Shown here: piece by piece, positions 41,057-53,000 of the stretch
Position numbering within the stretch: position 1 is the stretch's first letter
Layout: each line of letters begins with the position of its first letter
NCBI GenBank assembly: GCA_030141605.1
Contig: JAQGDQ010000170.1
Span: forward strand, 386,494 to 450,493
Reading direction: 5' to 3'
Origin: Tubiluchus corallicola
Lineage: Eukaryota > Animalia > Priapulida
Length of the DNA stretch: 64,000 nucleotides
The notes under the pieces: model-generated
The model's database searches: none
The model's input: the letters and a program-made list of their open reading frames with translations, nothing else
Told to the model about the DNA's origin: nothing
Translations under genes and position numbers: made by a program

Positions 41057-44000
41057 TTATGCCGTGGCCAAAAATACGGTAATATCTGGTGATGCAATCT
41101 CGGTACAGGATTTTAGGCACCTCTCATTTCCGCAGTTAGGATTCCGTTGTCTGAGAGAAAGAAAAACGGATGGTTGAATTTCCGTGATGTCTGTGTTGTC
41201 ACATATAACACCTGCCAATGTGACCTTCTGAATTTCGGTTATCTCAGCTGAAAAAATAGAAATTACTGACTATTTTCGCTCCTCCTCTCTCTCTCTCTCT
41301 CTCTACCTATCCCTCTCCCAACTCTCCCTTTTAGTCCGGCAGCCCAGAGGGTTTTGGTCAACTGATGCACTTAAGAGGTACAGAGCTGGACGTCTGCTTG
41401 AAATGAATAGTCTTATTCTGCACAACACTGTATAACTGCCCTCTGTTTATATAGTGCTTGCCAGAAGATTTCTGTTATGGTCCGTTAGACCTTTTTTGTA
41501 TTCACACCAAACAGCCGCCTGGGGAAGAAAACACAGAACTCACCACAATGAAAGAGTTACTTATGTTTTTCAAATCAGGGGTTCAGTGCGTCCGTGGAAA
41601 CTGACGTGTATGCTCCGTAAATGGGGATAAGCAGATTAACAAACTAGATGCTACACATGCTGAGTCGTTTGAGAACTTGCCTGGTTTGTGAAGTTATGAA
41701 AGTATAGCTGCGGGATAAGTACAGGCAACGTAAAGCTGCCCAGTATAATCAAGATGTGCCTGTGTCTGCAGCTGGAACAGTAGTAGTTGTAATAATAATA
41801 ACAACAACAACAACACAAAAACTTCTGGCAAGGATTTGAAGAGGGCAACAGGTCTGGAATAAACAGTCGACATGCCTGTTTATTTGGGTCTTCTTGGTAC
41901 CTTCGGTGCTTGGTCAGAGAGGGCTGGAAGGTCAAATGTTTCAGAAGAGTGTCTAGCATAGCTTAAACAGAAGGTCACTTGTCTGGCACAGCCCATTTAA
42001 TGATCCATGGTATGTCCATGTCCGACTGATACCGCTCATGTTTGACCCAACCAAATTATTTGGAACCTTAAAGGATGTCTAGCGGGTTTTACGTGGCAAA
42101 AATATTTATCTAAGGTATTGCTACCAATTTTGTTACCATCTCTCTCCCCCTCTCCCTTTTTCTCTCTCGCCCTCTCTCTCTCTCTCTTTCGCTTTCTCTC
42201 TTACTCTCTCTCTAACTCTCCGCGTGGAGGTCTATTTGGCACGAAAGTTTGAATCGATAATGTAGTCATTGTGATTTACATCATCTGAGGGCCATTTAAA
42301 TTCAATATCTCAAATTAGGTCGTACCTCAATCGCTTTACTAAATTTAGTGACGATTCTAATGTTAATACCTTACTAAGTACTGCATTACAGATACTGTAC
42401 GTTAAATGCATTATTATCTTCTGCAATTCCTTACCTGCCGTAAAATCATTCTGATACCAATATCGATCTCCGTGTATTATAGATTCGAATTGTTTTCCGA
42501 TGATGCAAGAAAACGTAGGCCCAAGATTTGCACCTGGTACCAGATCTTCAGCTAGCCCACCGACGAATAGGTCAATGCATTCTGGGCAATCACTGAAAAT
42601 AATTATTGTGAACAAGACAAATTAAAAAAGCAGTAGATATTGCACGATTTTGATTTCTAGAACATTTTGATAGTGACTCTTCCTTCCGATTTATGAACAT
42701 CTTCACTGACTTGTAATATCAACAAATCGTTATATAACTAACCTAAATAACCTAAGTTACCTAAGTTATCTAAATGAGCCATCTTAATGTTTTTGTTAAA
42801 ACTTATAAACACATAAACATCGAAGGGTGTCGAAGAAGGGTTTATACTGGGTTCTTTGCATCCGTGTGTGCATGTGTGTCTATGGGTGGGATGAGGTTAG
42901 CATCTAATTTTTACAGAAAGAAAACGTAAGAAAAATCAGGCAAAATTGTGCGGCCCTCTGTCAGTCATTATGCGGCGGTAATGTGCTGCGAGGATATGCA
43001 AATATAAATGTAAATTTGCAAACGTATTTGTCGGGATAATGCAGTTTTCCATTGCATGTTCTTGCAAGCCATTTTCGAAAGTTTCCAACCATATTAATTT
43101 GGAAAAATTCTTCGTTAATAACAATTTAATTTCATATGGTGTATTCAAATTTTATAATTTATTTAACTACAACTGCAAGAACAAAATATCTTACATTCTT
43201 GATAACGCTTCTTAATCACAATTTGTTCCTTGTTGCAATTTGTGATATACGTTACAACACGTAAATATAAATATATCTATCTATCTATCTCCCTCTCTTT
43301 CGTTCTCTCTCTCACTCCCTCCCATTCTCTCTCTCTCTCTCTCTATCTATCTCTTCTTTGAATTCTTTCATCCAATTTTTTCTCTCGTTGTCCTTTCGCT
43401 CTGTCTCTTATTTTATATTCTTGTTTTATATTTCTATGTATGTATAACACATATGTATATATATATATATTTATTTATATATATATATTTATACATATAT
43501 ATGTTATACATACATACATACATACATACATACATACATACATACATACATACATACATACATACATACATACATACATACATACATACATACATAAAAC
43601 ATACGATTACAGCAAAAAAGTGAAAGTTTCTATAGTTGTTGCAAACTGTTTTTGTCTAATAACTTGCACAAATCAACATTTTACATGAAACATGAAGACA
43701 CAGAAACAAAGAATTTTGAAAAAAAAACGAGCCAAATAATTGTCTATTTACCCGTATGCCTCGATCAGCAATTGTTTATTTTCTTCGCTTATATCTGGCA
43801 AATCGTTGATACTTGAAACGTTAGTAAACGCATTACCACATATCTGGCTTGCCGTTTCTCTGTAAAAACACCACTAAAACATGACATATATGTAGTATTC
43901 AAAAATTCAGGAAATAACCGGAATTTATTATTACTATCCCTGACCCTAACAACATGTATAAAAACTACTTGGTACCTACGTAAATTATACTTTTTTACGA

Positions 44001-47000
44001 AGAATATTTAAAAGATGTTTTGCATTTTCTACAGCACTTATACACTAGTCATCTTCTTTGAATTGACTTCGATGGCACCTGCATATTCCTGCAAATAAAA
44101 ACCACTAAAACCAGATTGGTGAATGGGGTTTTTGTTCTAATCTAATCTAAATCTAAAGTGAAGACAATAACTGCACTCAAAGGCATCTTCAAAGTTCGGT
44201 TTGAAACAGGGGCGGTGTGCATGAAGAACCTAACCTCACAACACAACAGAACATCCCTAATCTCTTACGTTTGAGCCCTTTGACCTCTAATTACTGAATT
44301 TATACAGCTCTTTTATGGAACAAAATGTTAAATGATTTAATAAAAATGAATGATAAGTAATTAATGAAAATTATTACCGCAAACCGTTATCAGAATAACC
44401 TATACTCAGTAACCACACGCTTGCATTACATTCACGTTATACAAAAAGTTTTTGTTCTTCTGGTTCTTCATGCTGTCATATCATAATCACTAATATTAAC
44501 CGTATATTTTTCCATTTGTTTACATAGATTGTATAAGTGTATTTCCAAAATAAATAAATTACTAAAATCATTTCCACTCACCTATGAGCCACATAGGAAG
44601 CCATGCCATGTTCTCTTCCTCGCTGAATATTGATGGCAGCAAGGTCTTGTCCAAGTTGCTTATCATGATCGCGGAATAACTGGTTACGCAAATCGACCAC
44701 GATAAATCTGAAAGAAAGACAAACCAGCCTTTATTGTCACTGCTTGCCTAGATAATTATTGAATCACCAAGGCCATTTCACACAAAATTATGTTTAATGA
44801 GAGCATTTACTAACAAATGTCCAAACCTACGAATACTCTACCTATCAGTTCCCCAAGATTTGAACCTGCTCAAGGCTCGCAAAGTTGGATCTATGGTCTC
44901 AGTTGTATCCTCTGAAAATGTTGGATTAAAGAATGTATTTGATACTCGTACATCTTCAGTGTCGTCATTAGCCCATTGACGAGTGTACTTGGATCCAACC
45001 ATTGAGTGTCCAAACCTAAAAGTATGAAGACATTAATTGCTTTTCACCTTTTCCGATGTTCAAACGGTAAATGAGTAAAAGATTATAGAAATTCGGCATG
45101 GGATAATTGAAGCACAGGTGCCTTTCCTCATCATCGAAATAACTTAATTTGTTATTTTTTCAATTGTTTGCCTCAACTTCAGTGTATATGTTATTACTGT
45201 ACCTTTGCTCTTAACAAACATAAGTTGCGTAATTTCAGCAAAGCTGAAGCATCTGCGACATGGTTCACATTAAATGCCATGCATGTAGCAGGCCTAAATA
45301 GCCGGTTCATTCACATAAAAGCCTGTTAACCAAACCGATTCATTGTTTTTTAACTAACGGTGTCAACAGGTTTAATTGGAAACCTCCTGCCTTCTAATCT
45401 GAATGACTAATAAGAACAGCAACTAAAGTAAACACCCAAACTCCTGCAAAATAAATGAAACGATGATAGCCCTATCCATCATTTAAATTATACTATACTT
45501 AGCAGAACTGCAGAATTTTTGTTATTCTTGCGATGATCCTTATGTAATGAAACTCTTCAGAACATCTTAAAGTACCTAGTGTCTAATGTCTATATACACG
45601 AGAGCTATGTTGCACTGTCACTGGTAAGTAGAATTTATATTTATGTAGGCTTTTTTATCTAGCTTGCATTCGTACACACCGTACAGCGCACATGCACACA
45701 GCGCAAGTCGTACGTTAATGCAAAGATAACGTATATATATATACATAGATATACATATATAATAACTATGTTAACAATTCTTGGAAGCATACGCACATGC
45801 ACTTACACAAAACTTACATATCGACACACTATATTTAGTATGTGTAGTATTTTAGCACGTACCTAAAGGCTGCAGTAGAGAACGAGTTGTCTATAGTTGC
45901 GTCATAGGATATATTGTATCCTAATGTAACATAATCAGCTGAATTTAAATGGAATTTTGTTAGATCCTCAGATGAAAAGATTCCAGGCAAAAATTCTTGT
46001 TGTGTTATCACCTGATGCATAAAAATTTATTCATTACATCTGGTTCACAATGCAATACAATACAATACAGTATAATATAATGTAACACCACATACAAAGA
46101 TAATAAACATAAATGATCGGTTTAACATCATCATACATTTTATGTAAGAACAATACATTTAAAGAAAAAAGAATAAGATCATAAATAAATAACCCGAATA
46201 ACTGAGGAAAACAAATATGAGTGAATAAGTGAATTTCAAAGTTAATTGCGATATTAAAATTATATTCAATTATGTGGGCCTTATTGTTGTTGTGCAAGTT
46301 CATTTCTTAATTAAAACATTTCGTAAAAAAATTGATGCTAATATCGTAATCTCGTAATCATCACTGGTAAGAAAGATTTTGAGTTTATGCTCATCAGTAA
46401 GTGATATAAAAGTTGGACTCAAAACACAAATTTCATTAATCAGACACTCTCTAATATTATTATGTTTTTACAACTTAGAAGGTAGTGCTATTCATTTTCG
46501 TTGCTAGTACATTCGTTGCTGAATATGGGAATTTTCGGAAATTAGTGGCGTTCTTTTTCAATGAAATGGCTATGAGCGCTTATACGTATTTTAGTGAAGT
46601 TATATATCTATTGCTAGCGTTTTTAATGAATATGTAGTAATATTAACAAATGGATTTAAGCTTCGAGTTACGTTCTTAATTTAATATTTTCTCCACGCTT
46701 TCCTTTTTCTTTGGATACTTAAAATTTCCAGTAAGACTAATAGTTTGATAAAAGTTTAAGTTTTAAAGATTTAACAAACGGACTGGTATCCGATATGCTC
46801 CGAGATCTCAAATGTTTAAAAAACCTGTATGAGTTAGTATATTTGAAGAGTAGCTAACAGTCCAGAATTTTTGTTCACAAGTATCACATTTTCATAATAA
46901 CAATGTGAGAAAAAACAATTTCCTGGATCCTTATCCTTTGAGCACCTTTTGTTGTAAAAAAAAGTGTGCAAATCTCGCACGAGTATAATGCAACTGGTTT

Positions 47001-50000
47001 GATCGGGGTGTCAAATAATTTCATTACATACATTTATTTCTGTATTTGTGCCCTGTAGTCTTTATCTAAGTTTGGCAGCCTTACTATGCAACTCTTGTTC
47101 AGCTGCATTAAAGGAGCCACTGTCAGTAAAGGCTATTCCTAGATACGTATACCTTTGAACAATTTGCAGGTTATCGTTACCTAATGTGAATGCATTTTTA
47201 GTAATTTTGCAGCCTCCTTTATTAATGATAAAGACATTAATGACCCATTAAAGATAATGACATCTGTCTGATTTTGGTCCAAAAGATAGCCGTGAAGACG
47301 AATTTGTTACCCTAATTTCTGCACCTCAGCCACAACAATGGCATCAAGAGAGCAAAAGTTCTATCTTGTGGCCACAACAATTAAACAATTTTTTGAAAAT
47401 GTCAAAAGCGTCTCTACAGTTTTTTAAGAATATGTAGAAGTCAACCATTTGGAACTTGAGCACTTTATGCCGCGCTAATTGCGTATCGCGCACCTGCATT
47501 TCTGCACCAACTATTCTTCTTGCTTCTTGGAAAATTTGTTCATCCTCCCATTCAGGTTTTTCTGCACTAATGGCTGTTGCAATGCGATTGTGTTCTCTGA
47601 GGAAAAGAACTTGGAGTACTTGCTGCCCAAGTTGCTCATTAGCTCTTTCGTCTCCTATAAGAACAACACCAATTCAGACCAATAATTATCTCTCGCAGGC
47701 GGCACTCGATTTGTCTGTTGGCTTTAGATAACGATTATTATTAGTATTATTACCATTATTATTGTTATTACAGTGGCATGATGTTATGCCTTCGAACGTC
47801 ATATAAAAACTTGTAACCAAATGATGGTTACAATTTTAATTTATTAGTAAAGTAAACTACACGTACACATCATGTTTGATTTCAATTAAGTTTGTTATAA
47901 GGTTTTGCTTAATTAGGTGTCACGTACCTCCATCATAACAAGCAACAGCGTTACCGTCGTTATCTTCACAACTACCATCAACTGCGCTTTTAGGTAAAAC
48001 AGGTCTTCCGCCAGTAATTTCAGTTGTCTTCATAAGCCCTTGATAACAGCAGTAAGCCACACTTGAACCACACATTAAACTGCAAACTTCTGTACAATTT
48101 AGTTTAGCTTAGCATGTTCAAAGATTAATGCTTGTATATTTTACGTAATTGGTTTACTTTGTAACCTTCTAATTACTACCGGATCATTTGAATTACGTAT
48201 ATGTAGTATATGATATCCTTTGTGTTTATGATCTTTGCTCGTCGGAATTTTCAAATTTTGAGATTTGTTCAAATAAATATCAAAACAGAAAAAGGAAGTA
48301 GTGCACAAAGTCACCTTTTGCTCAAGCAATTTCAACTTGTTTTATTTCACTTATGTATTTTTGCCCACTCTGCTTCTCATAAATTAATGTACAAATTTAT
48401 TGCGACTTAGAAGGCTAAAAGGAATTAGTACATTCACGGAAACACCAGTCCTTGTGCCTGTTAAAGGAAATATTTTTCACGAGTGGTTTAAAGTACCCAA
48501 AATAATTAGTTTGCAAATGACCATGTTACTAATGAACTCAGTACGAGTACGAAGAACTCACCACCACTGTGTTCCCGTAGGCGATCTACTGTCTCTGAAT
48601 CAGATCCATAGACAACAGAACCATCTATGTACGCGGTTATTTGATTTATCTGTTCTCTGTGACCTAAAACACAAAAGTTAGCCCCAATGCATAACTTACA
48701 AATGCTTTTCATTAGTGCCATACACATCAATTTCCGATATTAATAAAAGTTTGAAGCTTGAAAATTTCGCTCATTCGAAACCAAGGTCTTCTGGTATTCA
48801 GGCAGCTATCCTACCCATTGCACTACAAAGGTACAATGACGTTTGCGGAATTTACACTGTAGGCCACTAAGACTGTCAACGGTGAACCACTGTCCACACG
48901 GTATCAAGACATAGAGCAAAACAATCAGACAAACCCATGAAAGTAATACTAACATAGAAAGTCTGAAAACTCTGCGGACTGTCTGAAAATTAGAAAGTCT
49001 GAAAAAGTTTACGTTCTGATATACAAACCCGTTTCACATTCTCCAGGCATAGAGCGCACGATGGGAATGCACATTAGAGTTTGCTTCCCTCCATAGAATG
49101 GGTCGTTCTGGTCTACATCTATCGAATAACACTTGTCACTTTGCTGGTCTCCAGTTGCAGTCAACGGACAACACTCAACTAGAACACAAAACATGTTGTC
49201 AAAAACTGTTTTGCTTGCGGTTTAACTTACGGTCGTCATAATAAAAAGTAACATATTTCATCAATTTATGATCAGAAATGACATAAATTCAACAATACTG
49301 GTCACTTCCTTGTCATTTAACTTGTGGAGATCAGTAAACATTTTAAATACTAGAATTTGGTAAAGAAATAAAATTTTTAAATTGTTTATAACAAAAGCAA
49401 TATCCGTTTCATAAACTACCCACTATATAATAAATTTTATTACATTTTTATTAGGTAAATTCAAGTTTCTACTGCACTTAGCAGTAAATGTTAGAAAATC
49501 ACTGGTAAAGAAATATCCTTATTGTGTTTTGTATTGTATCATTAGTGGAATTTGCAGCGTGTCGGTATTTATTGGTGGACAGCAGTTGTAACATATAAAT
49601 ATTACAACAATAAGTAAGATGTATAATGAAGCACATTATCACATTATATGTCTTAATTATAACTGAAATCAAAAGATTCATAAGGCATAATGTCTTAAAT
49701 GCGTTAGCATTCAACTTTTTACTCCTTTCAAAGAACTTTCCTGAAGTTGGATAGGTTGTGATTATTGTAGTTGTCGCAACATAAATTATATGAAATATTT
49801 ACGTCCCCCTTAGTCTCCTGGACTGGTGGAAGTCAAATATGTGTTGTTGCTGGATGAGTTGTTACAAGGCATACAGTAATACCGTGAACACTAATTAACT
49901 TAACAAAATGCTAAAATGCAACATACCATCTAAATCGTCGTAAGTTGGTGTATGGGTGATATCGTGGTCCAAATACTGCCCCCATTGCATCAAGAATAAT

Positions 50001-53000
50001 GAGTCATCGTCGGTAAATGTAGCAGTGACGTTGTGATAATCAACAGATATACTGCGAGTATTTGGAAGAGCTTCACTACTGCCATCGCTCAGTTTTCTGC
50101 ATCGTGGTTCACTTACTATTTGAAAATAGAAAGAAAATGTATTTAGCAGGAGGGTTGAGGAAGAATGTATTTTTCTCAACATAAAATGGTGGCGAACTTT
50201 TTGTCCCCATTATAAAACAATTTTTAGAATACTAGTAAAATTCAAACAGTTTGTAAGATGGTTTTGAGCAAAACTTTACTTGATATGTATAAATAACATG
50301 TGAACCCACATAGTGACTGTAGGTTTGTTAATCCTAAATTTTCATGACGCGAGCGTTAAGGCTGATGGAGACCACCGATCAATCATGGAATTTTAGCACT
50401 AATAAATGATTAATAATGATGGGAACTCACCAGTGTGGTTCTGGCTTTCAGAACACGCTACAAGCATTTTTATATCTTATCAGGCCTCTCTGTGACAGTA
50501 GAGTAAATGGCAAAATAAGAACAGTGAAATAAAGGTTGCATACTTATTTAAATACAGCTAACAACACATCAATTAGCAATTATCAATCTGGTTAGCGACA
50601 ACAAGATAAGCCGCTTTAACACGGTCCGGCATGATCTCTGCATTAAATAACACATGGCGTGAGTAACGTATATATAAATATCTGGAGTCTAGCCATTAGT
50701 TCCAAAGTCTCCAGAGAATAATTGGTCTTTTAGGCAAAGTAAGAAGGTGTGCAAACCTGAGTTCTTATAAAGAAACGCTAAGGTACCTCACCAAATACAT
50801 TCCGTCCATACAGTGATAAACTTAAGTGACTGCACTACCTCAAATGGTAGCGTCCTAGTAAGAATACCATCATCCAAGCACAACACAACCAGAGAACGCT
50901 CTGGCTAAAGGTGAATCACTACTCAAAGCCCATGCTTCAATGATTTCAAATCTGTATTAGTATTATGAGCTTTTAACAGTAGCCAGTAGACGGTAGCAAA
51001 CAGCAAGGCAGGACCAGCCAATAGTTTATATATTTATGCAAGATAGTTATTGTCCAAAAGAACACCTAAATAACACAACCAGCTTACACAGTTTTCACCA
51101 ATTTTTCTTTAAATGTTTAATAACTTTAAATGGGGGTCAAACGTCAATGATCATCTTTGCCTAAAATTCACATCAATGATGATTAGGATAAGTGCTAAAT
51201 ATTAAAAGAATAATTCAAAAAATAATCTTATCAATTTAAGGCATTACTCATTGAGAAAGGCGAACTTGCAAATATGAAATAAAAAAATTGCAGCCAAGAT
51301 GAAAAATAGTTGAAATATATCAAATTTGAATTAACACATGTATTATCAATTAATTTTCGTAAACACACTGTTTAATGTGAATTCAATGTAAAAATTCAGA
51401 TTTTTATGAAAATCCAATACGGCTTTGTTACAAACTAATCATTGCAATAAGCAGGAATGAAGTTATATTATCTCAGCTATATAAAATTATGGAATTATTA
51501 GTTCTTGGGAATAATAAGTCGTAGTGTTGAGATCATCGAACTACAATTTAAAAAACTGTAGATGAGAGTCAAAAAATTTAAGATCATCATCAGCTTGGCA
51601 AAATTACATGTTTCGTCACAGTAATACTCCAATAGGAAATAAAAATGTGAAATCCCACTGGCCCCAGTAGTGCATGCTTGTTGCTGCAATGGGTCAGGCT
51701 TTTATTCATTCACTGGAGCAGATCAAAAGACAAATTTGATATTGGCAGTCACCAAATAAGTATTCTGTTAAGGTTGTATCTCTATTTGCTCTCTGCGTTC
51801 CCTCGGAAATTGTAACCCTCAGAGTGATAGTATCTGACATAGAAGAAGATATTGAAGCATTTGTATCTCATCTGTATTATGAGCCTGGTACTAGTTACAA
51901 GCTCCGAGCTTGCAGCCTAAACAAGGAGTTTAAATGAGACAATCGCATCGCAAGGGCTCATTGCCAAGTCATGATGTAATTTCAAGAGAATATTTTTGAA
52001 CTACAGCCATCACAAGCTATAGAATACAGATATAAATTAGAAGCAAATAGATTTTTGGCAAACCCAACAAAAGACCCTCCTCTGGCAATCACACACCTTA
52101 CCGAATGAGCAAGCAAGAGACCAACTGTCAGCCAAATGCTCAGGCAGGTCACAAAAGTGTCACTGTTCAGTAGTGTGCACATATGAGACAGATGAGGACA
52201 TATGCAGTAATGTGAGTAAGGAAGTCCAGGGATCGATGGAGAAGGAAGAGGACAGTGACCCACTAAAGTGTAAGCTGAACTTTCCACAAGATTCATGTCA
52301 GGTATTGTAAGACTAAATTTACAATTTATATGTATTGTATCATTAAGAATGTGTTTGCAGATAATTTTGTTCATACATGTATTTTGTAAGCTAATGTTCA
52401 TAAAACCGACCTAAAGGTAAAATTGGCTGAACCTGGCTAATTAGTTGATAAAATGATGTCAATTATTAAAATGACAACACATTCAATATAGCAAGGCAAA
52501 AAGGTGGGTCACACCCAAATGCCTCCGGCAGATGATGAAATTTATGCTGTTACTTATGCGAGCAAATTCATTTTAATTAATCGATAACCTAGCTACATTT
52601 ATACTTACTGCTGCAGATAGGCGAAAATCCAACAGCTGACATCCAGCGACAGCAAGCAAATGTGTGATTTTCCACAAGACGACCGATTCGTTGAATTGGT
52701 CGGTTAGAAACAATGTGCGCGACACTGGCGCGCATGCTCACGAACATTCCTTACAAAAACTCATTTACCTCTATTCTATCAATAAATTTACCCTATTGTT
52801 GCTGTAAAGAAGCAGATAAGCTTCTTTGAGATTTCCAATTATCCGTGATGAGTTTAAAATCCTGCCTAGAGCCAGAAGATTGCAAAGAATTAATTATTAG
52901 TATTTGGTGTCCTAGCTATTATAGTGAAATCCCACAAAAAGTACAACTGCAGAAGCTACAAATTATACGTTTCTAATCTTATAAACTTACTTCCATCACA

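Noticed and set aside
26422-47731. Plus-strand ORFs at 26422, 27590, 31474, 33937, 44797 and 47456
   Set aside because: Antisense shadows of peroxidase exons.
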